Source: Spirochaetia bacterium
GTDB taxonomy: Bacteria > Spirochaetota > Spirochaetia > UBA9216
Assembly (NCBI GenBank): GCA_965140585.1
Contig: OZ223269.1
Location: forward strand, 640,001-704,000
Length of the DNA stretch: 64,000 bases
Direction: 5' to 3'
Position 1 is the stretch's first letter. Every line of letters begins with the position of its first letter. Below the pieces are notes generated by a model. It made no database searches. It saw nothing but the letters and a program-made list of their open reading frames with translations, and was not told the origin of the DNA. The position numbers and the translations under genes are program-made. Positions 20,383 to 32,054 of this stretch are shown here, one piece after another.

Positions 20383-20953
20383 CAGCAACCTGCTTATAAT
20401 AGGGCTGGGTAATCCAGGCCCTGATTATCAAAATACAAGGCATAATGCCGGTTTTGATACAGTAGCCATAATTGCTGAGAAGCTCGGCATCTCTTTCAAA
20501 AAACCTTTTCTTAAACCGGTGATGATTGGTCATGGTATTCATGGAAATACCGATATCTCACTTGTCATGCCCCTAACTTATATGAACCTGTCCGGACAAG
20601 TCCTAAATTACTGTATGCAGAAAACAAAAACCACAATTGATCAGGTTATAATCGTTTGTGACAATATGGATCTTAAACCCGGAAAAATCAGACTTAAGAA
20701 AAACGGCTCCAGTGCAGGGCATAACGGACTTAAATCAATTATTGCACATGCTGGAACCGGCGAATTTGCACGAATGTATATTGGAGTCGGCAGAAACAGT
20801 GATAATACAATCGAGCATGTTCTGGGCAGAATAGAAGGGCAGGAGCTTGATGAATATAATAATTCCCTGAATAGGGCTGCAGAAGCGCTTCTAAACCTGT
20901 CAGAGAAAAGTTTTGAGCAGGTTATGAATGAAATCAACCAGAAAAATCGTTGA
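20372..20953 (+). CDS. pth: Peptidyl-tRNA hydrolase
   Basis: GLGNPG..Y..TRHNAGF, TYMNLSG, GHNGLKSI; GTG start inferred (ORF track 20309). Confidence 0.95.
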   Translation: MQNNSNLLIIGLGNPGPDYQNTRHNAGFDTVAIIAEKLGISFKKPFLKPVMIGHGIHGNTDISLVMPLTYMNLSGQVLNYCMQKTKTTIDQVIIVCDNMDLKPGKIRLKKNGSSAGHNGLKSIIAHAGTGEFARMYIGVGRNSDNTIEHVLGRIEGQELDEYNNSLNRAAEALLNLSEKSFEQVMNEINQKNR

Positions 20954-22334
20954 AAAAAAAGTCGCCGACTTTTTATACTCTCATAACATTCCCTATGAAT
21001 TTAATATTCTAATAGCCTTTTCCGGCGGTCCTGATTCGACAGCACTTGCTCATATATTAAAAAATATACCAAATTATAATCCCCGAATTATATGTGCCTA
21101 TTTTAATCATAATCTACGGGATTCTCACGAACTCCAGGCTGAATTGACTTATATAAGAGATTTTTCAAACAGGCTGGGAGTCGAATATGAGACCGGTGAG
21201 GCTGCAGAGGGTGCGATAGCCGAGTATTCCAGGAAATACAGGACCGGAATCGAAGATGCAGCAAGGGTCTTCAGGTACAGGTTTATAGCGGATTGTGCTG
21301 ACCGACATAACTTTGACTATATTGCAACAGGGCACAATATGGATGATCAGGCTGAAACCGTACTGATGCGTGTATTTCAGGGCGCAGGTATTCAGGGGCT
21401 CTCAGGTATACCCTCTGTACGGGGTAAGATTATTCGGCCTATGCTGGAGATTACAAAATCAGAAATTTTATCATATCTTAAAGAGATGGAACTTGGTTTC
21501 AGTCTTGATACAACAAATGAAAATAATGATTTTCTGCGAAATAGAATTCGACATAAACTCATTCCGGAAATCATAGAAATATTTCCGGGGCTATATACAG
21601 GAATAAAGTCTTTAACCGCACAGGCTGCAGAATATAATGATTTTATAAATACTTGTGTTAATACGAATATTGTTTGGGATGAATCTGAACCAGGAGTGTT
21701 CAGAACCAGAAAGGCTGATTTTTTTTGCCAGCATAGGATTATCAGGATAAAATCATTAATGAAACTGCTGTCAGAAAAGAAAATCAGTGATGATAAACGA
21801 ATTACATACAGTTCGATTGAGGCTGCAGTGTCTGTTGAAACAAGGCCTGCAAATACGATACTGCTTAAGACAAATGATTATCAGATATATACTTCCCGTA
21901 ACCATATTTTTGTTCAAAGACTTGTAAATCAGCATAAAAAAAGTTATCTTTTATACCTGAATAAAGATACTGTAAGGATTATAGACTCGGTTCTTCTTGA
22001 AGTTTCAAAGGAGCCGCCCGGAGATTGCGGATATTTAAAAATCTGCTGCAGAAAGACGGATTCCCCTATGGTCGTACGAAACTGCCGCGCAGGTGACCGA
22101 ATTCGAATCCGTGAAGGTTTAAAAGATCTTGGTAAATTATTCAGTGAATGGGGTGTTCTTTCAGCTGACAGAGATAATATTCCTGTTTTAGAAAACAGAC
22201 AGGGTATTACTGCTGTTTTAGGTGAACATCTTGGATATAAAAATAAACTTGCAGATTATGACTACGGTGACTGTCATGAAACTGAGGATTTTTATCTGAA
22301 AGTAAGCAAGCTAACGGAGACAACAGGTGAGTGA
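20928..22334 (+). CDS. tilS: tRNA(Ile)-lysidine synthase
   Basis: AFSGGPDS, AAR..RY, TGHN.DDQAET, RP.L, D.TN..RNRIR. Confidence 0.93.
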   Translation: MKSTRKIVEKKVADFLYSHNIPYEFNILIAFSGGPDSTALAHILKNIPNYNPRIICAYFNHNLRDSHELQAELTYIRDFSNRLGVEYETGEAAEGAIAEYSRKYRTGIEDAARVFRYRFIADCADRHNFDYIATGHNMDDQAETVLMRVFQGAGIQGLSGIPSVRGKIIRPMLEITKSEILSYLKEMELGFSLDTTNENNDFLRNRIRHKLIPEIIEIFPGLYTGIKSLTAQAAEYNDFINTCVNTNIVWDESEPGVFRTRKADFFCQHRIIRIKSLMKLLSEKKISDDKRITYSSIEAAVSVETRPANTILLKTNDYQIYTSRNHIFVQRLVNQHKKSYLLYLNKDTVRIIDSVLLEVSKEPPGDCGYLKICCRKTDSPMVVRNCRAGDRIRIREGLKDLGKLFSEWGVLSADRDNIPVLENRQGITAVLGEHLGYKNKLADYDYGDCHETEDFYLKVSKLTETTGE

Positions 22335-24213
22335 CCAAAAGGAAAACAACAGACCGGAGAAAGACCCTAAAAAGCCCGGCTTCGATTTCAACAATAATAA
22401 TAAATTTGCATTATTCTTTCTTCTTGCTTTGATTGTAATGTTTTTTATTCTTTTTCTCGTAAATGATTCGGATGCCGGTATGGAGATACCGTACTCAACT
22501 TTTCTTAATTATCTTGATGAAGGGCAGATTTCTGCTGTAAAGATTTTTGATAACAAGACAATTCAGGGTACACTGAGCAGTCCTTCAGGACAGAAGACTG
22601 TGTTTGAAACCGAAATTCCGTATTATGACGATTATCTGATGCAGAAACTGACAGATAAAAATGTCATAGTTGAGGGTGCAGAAAAAGGGAATACTGCTGC
22701 GACTATTTTTATTCAGATAGTACCCTGGCTGATTGGCTTCGCATTTATCTGGTTTATGCTCCGGCAGATGCAGGGCGGAGGAAACAAAGCCTTTTCTTTC
22801 GGAAAAAGCAAGGCGAAGCGATATACCCAGAATGATAAAAAAATCACTTTTGCTGATGTAGCAGGGCAGCAGGAAGCTAAATATGAACTTGAGGAAGTTG
22901 TCGACTTTCTCAAGAATCCTGACAAATTCAGAAAACTTGGTGCAAGAGTACCTAAGGGTGTGCTGCTTGTTGGAATGCCTGGTACAGGTAAAACACTTCT
23001 CGCAAAGGCGGCTGCAGGTGAAGCGGGTGTAAACTTTTTTCATATGTCCGGTTCGGATTTTGTTGAAATGTTTGTAGGTGTAGGTGCCAGCAGGGTTCGG
23101 GATCTTTTTGATCAGGGACGTAAAAATGCTCCCTGTATTCTTTTTATTGATGAACTTGATGCTGTCGGACGTACCAGAGGTGCAGGTTACGGCGGAGGTC
23201 ACGATGAGCGTGAACAGACCCTTAACCAGATGCTTGTGGAAATGGACGGTTTTGATACAAAAGACGGTGTTATTATACTTGCCGCTACAAACAGGCCTGA
23301 TGTACTTGACCCTGCGCTTTTAAGGCCGGGCAGATTTGATCGTCAGGTAGTAGTTGATATGCCGGATTTAATTGAACGAAAAGCAATACTTGGTATACAT
23401 GCACAGAAGATTAATCTGGCTCCTGATGTAGATCTTGAAAGAATAGCCCGGGCCACTCCAGGAACTTCCGGTGCAGATTTGGCTAACCTTGTAAATGAAG
23501 CGGCTCTTTTTGCAGGCAGACACGGTGTTGATGAGGTCAGCAGCGAACATTTTGAGGAAGCACGTGACAAAATACTTCTGGGTGTTGCGCGTAAATCCCG
23601 CATGATAAGTCCGGAAGAGAAAAGAGCTACAGCCTATCATGAAGCCGGACATGCACTTATGCACTATCATCTTGAATATGCTGATCCCCTGCATAAGGTT
23701 ACAGTCATTCCGCACGGGCAGGCTCTTGGACTTGCAATGTCTCTTCCCGAGAAGGATTCTTATTCAAAGAACAGAGGCTGGCTGCTTGACCGAATCAAGA
23801 TTGCAATGGGCGGTTATGTTGCAGAAAATATTGAATACGGCCAGACAACTACGGGAACCAAGAACGACATTGAGCAGGCAACTAATCTTGCCAGAAGAAT
23901 GGTTACTGAATGGGGTATGTCTGAAAAGCTCGGATTTGTTTCATACGGCAGCGATGAAGAACCTATTTTTATAGGCAAGGAAATAGCCAGGCACAAGGAT
24001 TATTCTGAAGAAACAGCCAATATGATTGATGCTGAAATAAAGCAGATTTTAAATAACTGTCTTAAGGAAACAACTGATATACTTACAAAGAATAAAGAGC
24101 AGCTTGTGAAACTGGCAGATGCGCTGGTGGAGGAAGAAACCCTTGATGATGCAAGAATAAGAGTCCTTCTTGATTTACCGCTCCCTGAAAAAAATGCTGA
24201 TTTTACTTCATAA
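22327..24213 (+). CDS. ftsH: ATP-dependent zinc metalloprotease FtsH
   Basis: Two TMs, [31 protein letters not shown]. Confidence 0.97.
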   Translation: MSDQKENNRPEKDPKKPGFDFNNNNKFALFFLLALIVMFFILFLVNDSDAGMEIPYSTFLNYLDEGQISAVKIFDNKTIQGTLSSPSGQKTVFETEIPYYDDYLMQKLTDKNVIVEGAEKGNTAATIFIQIVPWLIGFAFIWFMLRQMQGGGNKAFSFGKSKAKRYTQNDKKITFADVAGQQEAKYELEEVVDFLKNPDKFRKLGARVPKGVLLVGMPGTGKTLLAKAAAGEAGVNFFHMSGSDFVEMFVGVGASRVRDLFDQGRKNAPCILFIDELDAVGRTRGAGYGGGHDEREQTLNQMLVEMDGFDTKDGVIILAATNRPDVLDPALLRPGRFDRQVVVDMPDLIERKAILGIHAQKINLAPDVDLERIARATPGTSGADLANLVNEAALFAGRHGVDEVSSEHFEEARDKILLGVARKSRMISPEEKRATAYHEAGHALMHYHLEYADPLHKVTVIPHGQALGLAMSLPEKDSYSKNRGWLLDRIKIAMGGYVAENIEYGQTTTGTKNDIEQATNLARRMVTEWGMSEKLGFVSYGSDEEPIFIGKEIARHKDYSEETANMIDAEIKQILNNCLKETTDILTKNKEQLVKLADALVEEETLDDARIRVLLDLPLPEKNADFTS

Positions 24214-24240
24214 GTATTTTTACATAAACAATTTGGAGAT

Positions 24241-24279
24241 AAACCCCCATCATACCGATAATGAGAGGGGGTTTTTTTT
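24241..24279 (+). terminator. Intrinsic terminator after ftsH
   Basis: aaaccccc...gggggtttttttt. Confidence 0.65.
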
Positions 24280-25944
24280 ATGTCTCTGAAAAAATTAAAC
24301 AAATGCATCTTTATTTTTCTGATAATCGTATCCGGGAATGTTTTTGCTGTATCTACCGACCGCCAAATCAGTATTGTTTACCTTAAAAAGGCTGCTGCCG
24401 CATATCAGCTTGATGACTATGAATTAAGCGAATCCCTGATCGATAAAGTTGATGAATTTTACGAGACTTCATCAGATTCGGCCTTTCTGAAGGGGATGAT
24501 AGCCTGGAAACGGGATAATAAGATTCCTATGGCTCAGGCATATATGTCTGCAGCACTTAAATATGATGACTGGCTGATCTTTTCAACTTCAGACTGTATG
24601 TCGGAACTTTCCCTCCTGATGTTCAGGACAAAACAGTATGCTGAACTTGTAGATTTTGTCGAGACAAAATATTATCCCTCTTATTCAGACGTGGATTTAA
24701 TGTATATATATGTGCTTTGTTTAAAATATCGTAATGATGACAGGTATCAGGATATACTTGAAAGAGCAGTAAAAAGATACCCCTATGACTACCGTTTTGC
24801 CGGACTCTACTCAAAGATAAGCGGTGACTATCTTCATAAACTCATAAGAAATGAATTAATATTTGATGATAAGGATGGATATCTTGAAATCCTGGCAGAT
24901 TCTTTAAAACTTCTTGATGATCATGAAAAAAAGACTGTGATGGAAAGATATCAGCGAGACGGCGGCTCTTCGGTAGAAGTACTTTTGAATGATTATCGTC
25001 TTAATGGAACACTTGATGATAGCAGGATTTTACAACTGCTGAACAGAAATATTCTCGAATCAAGGGCGTTAACCGCTGAGCTAAAAAAGTCTGTACCTTA
25101 TTTGAGCGGAAGGGAAATAATCAAAAAAGCAGAAAGCGAATATACCGGAAAAATATATGAAGATACCAACGGGGATAATTTCTATGAAGAACTATATCTT
25201 TATGAAAACGGTTTATTAACAGGTCTCAGTATAGATGACAATCAGGATGGAATAATTGAGCTTATTATAATATTTAAAAACGGTGCTCCCGTGGAAGTGC
25301 TGTACACGGATAAAGATTTCATAAGAGTGACGTATTTAGATTACCCGTTTGTTGATGAAATAAGTATTACAGGAAACGGTATACTCAAAGTATATACAAT
25401 GATAGCCAATTCTGTCCGTATTGACTTTTTAACTCCGCCTTCAGGTCTTGAAAGAATTAATCCGAAAATGGAGAGAATAATGGAAGCAGTCAGTGACGAT
25501 GATTACATGACCGATAATTCAGTACGAATAGCTGAGTACAGCTCCAGAAACTCTGCTGATACAATGGATCGGCTTATTAAGGAATGGAATCGCCGGGATG
25601 AAAAGATTTCGGTGCTTAGTGTATATAATGAACTCAATGGAAATTATACGTATATTCAGAGCATGAACGAAACCCTTATGGGATTTAAAGATATTAATTA
25701 TGATGAATTAGTTGATATGAAAGAGAATTATGTAAATGGAAAAATTGTTTCAATAGAGGCTGATGAAAATTCAAATGGAATTTATGAGTATAAAATTGAG
25801 TTTAATGGTCAGCAGCAGATTTCATTATGGGATTTTAATGAAGATGGTATTTACGACTGCAGAGTTTATGAAAAAGATGGTACAGTATATAAAGAATTTT
25901 CTTCTAAAATGGATGGAGAATTCGATCTGGTAGAAAAGGACTAA
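24280..25944 (+). CDS. Exported hypothetical protein: helical N-terminus, C-terminal Dx[DN]xDG-like repeats
   Basis: Signal peptide; DTNGDN, DDNQDG, DINYDE, DENSNG, DFNEDG motifs. Confidence 0.7.
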   Translation: MSLKKLNKCIFIFLIIVSGNVFAVSTDRQISIVYLKKAAAAYQLDDYELSESLIDKVDEFYETSSDSAFLKGMIAWKRDNKIPMAQAYMSAALKYDDWLIFSTSDCMSELSLLMFRTKQYAELVDFVETKYYPSYSDVDLMYIYVLCLKYRNDDRYQDILERAVKRYPYDYRFAGLYSKISGDYLHKLIRNELIFDDKDGYLEILADSLKLLDDHEKKTVMERYQRDGGSSVEVLLNDYRLNGTLDDSRILQLLNRNILESRALTAELKKSVPYLSGREIIKKAESEYTGKIYEDTNGDNFYEELYLYENGLLTGLSIDDNQDGIIELIIIFKNGAPVEVLYTDKDFIRVTYLDYPFVDEISITGNGILKVYTMIANSVRIDFLTPPSGLERINPKMERIMEAVSDDDYMTDNSVRIAEYSSRNSADTMDRLIKEWNRRDEKISVLSVYNELNGNYTYIQSMNETLMGFKDINYDELVDMKENYVNGKIVSIEADENSNGIYEYKIEFNGQQQISLWDFNEDGIYDCRVYEKDGTVYKEFSSKMDGEFDLVEKD

Positions 25945-25946
25945 AA

Positions 25947-27749
25947 ATGAAGTTTTTGCTGAGAATCTGTATCCTGGTGAGTTTTACTTCGATATTCTCC
26001 TGTGTGACTGATGATAATACCGAGATAAATTCGGCAACATTCTATGAAAATACCAAATCACAGCTGAATGACTATATGGCAGATAACAAGTATCAGAAAA
26101 CACTTGTGAGATCTGAAATATTATTAAATGAAGATGGACTTATTCCCGAATTCAGAAATAGTCTTCTTGATTATAATGAAAAAGCCCGAAACGGATTACT
26201 GAAAAGTTTTGGTCAGGCTGTTGAGACATATGATTATGATACTGCAGCTGCATATCTTTCTTCACTGAATGCTGCAGGTGTGGAGACAGGGGACAATGTC
26301 AGTGAACTGTATGTTAAACAAACTGTTTTATATCTTGAAGGCAGTGAAAAGTCACGAGGCCTGATATATTTTCTTGACAGAATAATTAATAGGGAACTGG
26401 AGACTAAGTTAAGTGATGAGCAGTTAAATCTGATTTTCAATACTGCTTTGGAGCAGAAAAATAAGGCTGTTCTTGATTTTCTGGTCACAGATTATCCTGA
26501 GTTGTCAGTTGATTTAAAAGAGGCTGTATCAATACTTGATGAAAAACCAAAGCCGTTTGAAATGCTGAAAGGTACCGCTACAATCTGGGTTAACCGTGGG
26601 ATTAGAATTGAAAGCGGAGTAGGATATCCTGACAGAGTGATAGGAAGCGGATTTTTTATTGATAAATCAGGGTACCTGATTACCAACTATCATGTTATTG
26701 CCAGTGAAGTTGATCCGGAGTACGAAGGTTATTCAAGGCTCTATATTAAAACAGATAATTCCGATATCAGAATTCCTGCAGAGGTTATCGGATATGATCC
26801 TTCTCTCGATCTTGCGCTTCTTAAAACTAGCTATGAGCCAGAGTTTATTTTCAACTTTTCAAAAACAAGAAGCTTTACACCGGGTGAAAAGATTTTTGCA
26901 ATTGGTTCTCCCGGCGGACTGGAGAAAACTATTACATCGGGTATTATTTCGGCATCCGGTGATAGAAGACTTCTTCCTATAGGAGATACCATTCAGGTTG
27001 ATGTTCCAATAAATGCCGGTAACAGCGGAGGTCCGGTTGTCGATGAAAACGGCGATCTGGTTGGAATTGTCTTTGCAGGAATTGAACAGTTTGAAGGCGT
27101 AAATTTTATAATTCCTTCAAGATGGGTAGTTCATGCTCTACCTTATTTATTTGACGGCGGTAAAATGAAAAAATCCTGGATTGGTACTGCAGTTTATGAA
27201 AGTCATGAGACTGGGGCAGAGAACCTCGATATTCTTTATATTGATCCTTCTTCTAGTATTTCAGGATGGAGGCTTAACCCTGGTGACAGGATTATTTCTA
27301 TTGACGGCACGCCTGTTAACCGGATTGCAGATGCTCAGGAAATCCTTATTTCAAAGAAGCCCGGCAGTATTATAAAGTTGGAAGTTTTAAGCGGTGAAGA
27401 CAGGAAGCAAATTCTTGTTTTAACGGATGAACGCCCCGACATACCGCTAGCTGATGCAATTCATGGTGAGGAACCCTATTCTATAATACCGGCTTTATTC
27501 GGTATGCAGATAAGTGAAGGCGATTCCGGATTTATAAGTAAGGAATATATAATAAATGAAGTTTATCCAGGAATGCCGGCTGATGAAACCGGGTTATCAA
27601 TAAATGACCCATTCAGCATAAGTTCATGGTATTATGATGATGAAAATGAAATAATTCTTATGAACTTAAAAATTAAAAAAAGGAAAGCTGGATTTCTTGA
27701 AACAGTAATACAATTGGGGAGTTATCTGGATATTAATAGAGTATTATGA
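25947..27749 (+). CDS. HtrA-like trypsin serine protease with PDZ domain (probable lipoprotein)
   Basis: IFS-C lipobox; GSGFFI, ITNYHV, DLALLK, INAGNSGGP; PDZ. Confidence 0.88.
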   Translation: MKFLLRICILVSFTSIFSCVTDDNTEINSATFYENTKSQLNDYMADNKYQKTLVRSEILLNEDGLIPEFRNSLLDYNEKARNGLLKSFGQAVETYDYDTAAAYLSSLNAAGVETGDNVSELYVKQTVLYLEGSEKSRGLIYFLDRIINRELETKLSDEQLNLIFNTALEQKNKAVLDFLVTDYPELSVDLKEAVSILDEKPKPFEMLKGTATIWVNRGIRIESGVGYPDRVIGSGFFIDKSGYLITNYHVIASEVDPEYEGYSRLYIKTDNSDIRIPAEVIGYDPSLDLALLKTSYEPEFIFNFSKTRSFTPGEKIFAIGSPGGLEKTITSGIISASGDRRLLPIGDTIQVDVPINAGNSGGPVVDENGDLVGIVFAGIEQFEGVNFIIPSRWVVHALPYLFDGGKMKKSWIGTAVYESHETGAENLDILYIDPSSSISGWRLNPGDRIISIDGTPVNRIADAQEILISKKPGSIIKLEVLSGEDRKQILVLTDERPDIPLADAIHGEEPYSIIPALFGMQISEGDSGFISKEYIINEVYPGMPADETGLSINDPFSISSWYYDDENEIILMNLKIKKRKAGFLETVIQLGSYLDINRVL

Positions 27750-29533
27750 ATAAAAATAAGATTTTAATAGTTGAAGATGAGGGTATCCTGTCCCTCGATA
27801 TGGCTAACACTCTACATGAAATGGGTTACAGCGTAATAGACGCCGTTCCTTCCGGAGAAGAAGCTCTGGAGATGATAAAGAGGGACAAGCCTGATCTTAT
27901 TCTTATGGATATTCAGCTGTCCGGCGAGATGGATGGTATACAGACCGCTGAACAGATAAATAAGGCTTTCGCTATTCCTATAATCTATATAACCGGCTAT
28001 ACCGACGAACTTACACTTTCCAGAGCAAAGATTACAGCTCCATACGGATATATTACAAAATCATTTAATTACAATGAATTGCATTCCACGATCGAAATGG
28101 CTATATATAAGAGTCAATTGGAAAGAAAGGTTCATGAGAATGAATTTCTTCTAAATACAACTCTTGAGAATATAGAAGATGCTGTAATTACTATTGATAT
28201 GGATGGTAATATACAGTTCTTTAATAAACCGGCGGAAAAGCTGCTTAAAATTAAAAAGAATATAAATTCAACATTGAATATTGAACAGGTAGGTTTCAAA
28301 CTTCTTGATGATAATGATGAAGCCTATGTTCACCCCTTTCATACGAGACGTAAAAAGCGTTTTAAAAGTGAATACAGACTTAAGAATAAAACCGGTGGAA
28401 TTTTTTTACGGGTTGAGTTTGTGGTAACCACTCTTCTTGATACTTTCAAAGAGCCCGTGGGTTATGTATATGTACTGAGGGATATCGAGGAAAGAAAAAA
28501 AATTGAAACAATCAGTTCAAGGCTTGTCTCAATTGTTGAATCTTCAAGTGATGCAATCATTGGTATTAAAACAGACGGTACAATCAGAACCTGGAACAGC
28601 GGTGCTGAAGCAGTTTTCGGTTATACACCCATTGAGGTGATTGGTAAAAATATAAGCATGATAACGCCTTCGAATTACCCGAATGAATTAACTGAAAAGA
28701 TAGAAAAGTTAAAGAATCATGAGGTTGTTCTTCACTATGACGGAATCAGGCAGAAGAAGAATGGTGAGCTGGTACAAATGTCGATTCTTCCTTCGCCCAT
28801 TAAAGATAAGGATGGAAAAATCACCGGTATATCGGTTATAGCAAGAGATATTACCGAGAAGAAAGCTCTTGAAAAGGAAGTGCTTGAAACTAGTGAGAAA
28901 GAGCGGGAACGAATAGGTCAGGACTTGCATGACAGTCTTGGGCAGCAGCTTACTGGAATTCTGCTTAACGTCAAATCTCTTGAGAATGAATTAAAACCAT
29001 CTCAGCAGCCGGAGTTTATCGAAAAACTTAAAGAGACTGAAGATCTAATTAAAAATGCCATCATGCAGACCAGGGAGCTTGCTAAAGGGCTTGTACCTAT
29101 AAAGCTGCAGACTGAAGGTTTGCCGCATGCGTTGGAGGATCTTGCTAACTTTGCCAGAAGGGTTTATCAGATTTCTGTCGAAACACAGATTGATGAGCTG
29201 ATTAAACCGGTGAGTATCATAATAGAAACTCAGTTGTATCATATTGCTCAGGAAGCAATCAATAATGCAGCCAAACATGCAAACTGCACTAAACTTTTTA
29301 TTTATCTGCACATTGTACAATCGGAACTTATATTGTCCATAAAGGATAACGGAAAAGGTTTTTCTGAAACAAAAAAATCCGGAATTGGTTTAAGAATTAT
29401 GAGTTACAGGGCGAACATTATAAATGGTTCCATCTCAGTACACAGTGAGGAAGGAGAGGGGACCCTTGTGATTTGCAGGGTGCCGCTTAACTACGGGGAG
29501 AGAGAAGTTGTTGAAGAGGATAATAATAGTTGA
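27746..29533 (+). CDS. Cytoplasmic hybrid sensor kinase REC-PAS-PAS-HisKA_3-HATPase
   Basis: ILIVEDE/DLILMDI; two PAS; ERERIGQDLHDSLGQQL; QEAINNAAKH, DNGKG, GIGL. Confidence 0.9.
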   Translation: MNKNKILIVEDEGILSLDMANTLHEMGYSVIDAVPSGEEALEMIKRDKPDLILMDIQLSGEMDGIQTAEQINKAFAIPIIYITGYTDELTLSRAKITAPYGYITKSFNYNELHSTIEMAIYKSQLERKVHENEFLLNTTLENIEDAVITIDMDGNIQFFNKPAEKLLKIKKNINSTLNIEQVGFKLLDDNDEAYVHPFHTRRKKRFKSEYRLKNKTGGIFLRVEFVVTTLLDTFKEPVGYVYVLRDIEERKKIETISSRLVSIVESSSDAIIGIKTDGTIRTWNSGAEAVFGYTPIEVIGKNISMITPSNYPNELTEKIEKLKNHEVVLHYDGIRQKKNGELVQMSILPSPIKDKDGKITGISVIARDITEKKALEKEVLETSEKERERIGQDLHDSLGQQLTGILLNVKSLENELKPSQQPEFIEKLKETEDLIKNAIMQTRELAKGLVPIKLQTEGLPHALEDLANFARRVYQISVETQIDELIKPVSIIIETQLYHIAQEAINNAAKHANCTKLFIYLHIVQSELILSIKDNGKGFSETKKSGIGLRIMSYRANIINGSISVHSEEGEGTLVICRVPLNYGEREVVEEDNNS

Positions 29534-30161
29534 TGATCATCCAATTGTACGGGAAGGCTTTGCCAAACTGATAAATTCCGAGAAGAATTTTGAAGTAGTA
29601 GGTAAAGCTGAAGATGCCTCTGAAGCACTTGAAATAATTCAGAAGTTGAAGCCCGATGTGGCAATGGTTGATCTGTCCCTGAAAAACAGCAATGGTATTG
29701 AACTGATAAAAGATCTTCAGGCGCTCTGTCCTGAGGTTAAAGTTCTTGTAGTCAGTCTGCATGATGAAGAAATTTACGCAGAGAGAGTTCTAAGAGCCGG
29801 TGCGCGGGGTTTTATCATGAAGGCTGAAGCCGTGGATGATATTATAACAGCCGTAGGGAAAGTTGCCGGCGGTGAGATCTATCTGAGCAGCAAAATGCAG
29901 TCCAAAATGATTGAAAACCTTGCATACGGCGGAAGAAAGGATAGAGTTGATCCCATTGATATTCTCAGTGATCGTGAATTTGAGGTTTTTCAGATGATCG
30001 GAAATGGTCTTAAAACGAAAAGTATAGCGGAACAGCTTAATTTAAGTGTCAAAACTATAGAAACATATAAATCTCATTTAAAAATCAAACTTAATTTAAA
30101 TGACGGAATTGAACTTATTCAAAGGGCTGTTGAATGGTCCATGAAGCATAATGCTGGTTGA
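29508..30161 (+). CDS. NarL/FixJ-family response regulator
   Basis: VDDHPIVREG receiver; LSDREFEV..IG.G...K.IA..L.LSVKTIETY LuxR HTH. Confidence 0.93.
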   Translation: MLKRIIIVDDHPIVREGFAKLINSEKNFEVVGKAEDASEALEIIQKLKPDVAMVDLSLKNSNGIELIKDLQALCPEVKVLVVSLHDEEIYAERVLRAGARGFIMKAEAVDDIITAVGKVAGGEIYLSSKMQSKMIENLAYGGRKDRVDPIDILSDREFEVFQMIGNGLKTKSIAEQLNLSVKTIETYKSHLKIKLNLNDGIELIQRAVEWSMKHNAG

Positions 30162-30247
30162 AATAACTCCATAAATCATTATAATAATTACAAACAAATC
30201 TGAAATCCGACCATTCATTAATATGGTTAAGGAGAAATCGTACAATA

Positions 30248-32053
30248 ATGAGTAACACAGCTGAAATACGAAATTTCTGTATTATTGCGCATATAGACCA
30301 CGGAAAATCAACTCTTGCCGACCGATTTATCGAAAAGGCAATGATAATCTCAGAACGGGAATATAAGAATCAGATTCTTGACAGTATGGATATTGAACGG
30401 GAGCGAGGGATTACAATTAAATCCCAGGCTGTTACCATTCCCTATATTGATAAAAACGGTGTTGAATATGAACTGAACCTTGTAGACACTCCCGGTCATG
30501 TGGATTTTTCATATGAAGTCTCCAGAGCTATTTCATCATGCGAAGGTGCTCTTCTTCTTGTAGATGCAAGCCAGGGCGTTGAAGCTCAAACGCTTGCGAA
30601 CATGTACATGGCGATTGAATATGATTTGGAAATTATTCCTGTAATAAATAAAATTGATCTTCCCAGTGCAGATATTGATATGGTTAAGCATCAGATTGAT
30701 CATGAACTTGGTCTTGACCCGGATGCAGCAATGCTGGTTTCCGCAAAAAACGGAATAGGAATAGGCGAGTTACTTGAATCAATTGTTGAAAATATCCCAG
30801 CACCGGATGGTTCTGTAGAAAAGCCGCTTAAAGCATTAATTTTTGATTCTCATTATGATCCATACAGGGGCGTTATTGTTCATATCAGGGTTTTTGACGG
30901 AAAAATAGCACCGGGAATGAATATTAGACTTATGGCCTCTGACACAGTATACAAGGTGGAGGAAACCGGCATATTCAGGGTTGTTCTAAATAAAAAAGAC
31001 GAGCTTACTGCCGGAGAAGTTGGATATTTTATTGCCGGTATAAAGAATATTTCCGATATTCGCGTAGGTGATACTGTTACAAGTGAGAAAAATCCCTGCG
31101 ATAAACCGCTTGGCGGATTCCGAGAAGTTAAACCAGTTGTTTTTTCTTCTATATATCCAGTTAACTCCGATGATTATGAAGAGCTTCATACAGCCATCGA
31201 TAAACTAAAGCTTAACGATGCTTCACTGATATACGAGAAGGATGCTTCTGTAGCGCTTGGTTTCGGTTTTAGATGCGGGTTTCTGGGGATGCTTCATCTG
31301 GAAGTTGTTCAGGAACGCATTGAAAGGGAGTTCGGCCTTTCAATAGTATTAACTGCACCTTCTGTAGCTTATAAGGTAGAGCTCAATAATGGAGAGATGG
31401 TTAACATCGATAATCCTTCAGAATATCCTGACCCCGCAAAGATTCAGCATACAGAAGAACCTTATATTAAAGCAGCAATTATCTGCCCCAAAGAATATAT
31501 AGGGCCTATTATCAATCTTTGTCTGGAAAAAAGAGGTGTTCAGACAGGAATGAATTACCTTGATGAGAAGCGGGTTGAACTAACCTATGAAATGCCTCTG
31601 GCGGAAGTACTCTTCGACTTCTATGACCGCTTAAAATCAATAAGCAGAGGTTATGCTTCTTTTGATTATGAGATTCGGGATTACCGTGCAACTGATCTTG
31701 TTAAACTCGATATAATGATCAATGGAGACAAGGTTGATGCTCTTTCACAACTTGTTTTTCGTGAGAATGCAACAGCACGTGCACGTCTTGCATGCAGGAA
31801 GCTTAAAGATGAAATTCCAAGGCATCAGTTCAAAATAGCTCTTCAGGGCGCTATAGGATCCAATATCATAGCCAGAGAGACTATTTCTGCCCTGCGCAAA
31901 GATGTTACTGCCAAATGTTACGGTGGTGATATTTCAAGAAAAAGGAAACTCCTTGAAAAGCAGAAGGAAGGAAAAAAGCGTCTTAAGATGGTTGGAAATG
32001 TTGAACTGCCTCAGAAAGCTTTTCTGTCTGTGCTGAAAACTGAAGATAACTGA
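30248..32053 (+). CDS. lepA: Elongation factor 4
   Basis: [51 protein letters not shown]. Confidence 0.98.
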   Translation: MSNTAEIRNFCIIAHIDHGKSTLADRFIEKAMIISEREYKNQILDSMDIERERGITIKSQAVTIPYIDKNGVEYELNLVDTPGHVDFSYEVSRAISSCEGALLLVDASQGVEAQTLANMYMAIEYDLEIIPVINKIDLPSADIDMVKHQIDHELGLDPDAAMLVSAKNGIGIGELLESIVENIPAPDGSVEKPLKALIFDSHYDPYRGVIVHIRVFDGKIAPGMNIRLMASDTVYKVEETGIFRVVLNKKDELTAGEVGYFIAGIKNISDIRVGDTVTSEKNPCDKPLGGFREVKPVVFSSIYPVNSDDYEELHTAIDKLKLNDASLIYEKDASVALGFGFRCGFLGMLHLEVVQERIEREFGLSIVLTAPSVAYKVELNNGEMVNIDNPSEYPDPAKIQHTEEPYIKAAIICPKEYIGPIINLCLEKRGVQTGMNYLDEKRVELTYEMPLAEVLFDFYDRLKSISRGYASFDYEIRDYRATDLVKLDIMINGDKVDALSQLVFRENATARARLACRKLKDEIPRHQFKIALQGAIGSNIIARETISALRKDVTAKCYGGDISRKRKLLEKQKEGKKRLKMVGNVELPQKAFLSVLKTEDN

Positions 32054-32054
32054 T

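Noticed and set aside
19271-24213. spoVG in a non-sporulator and no prs before rplY
   Set aside because: spoVG-rplY-pth-tilS-ftsH is the ordinary spirochete arrangement.
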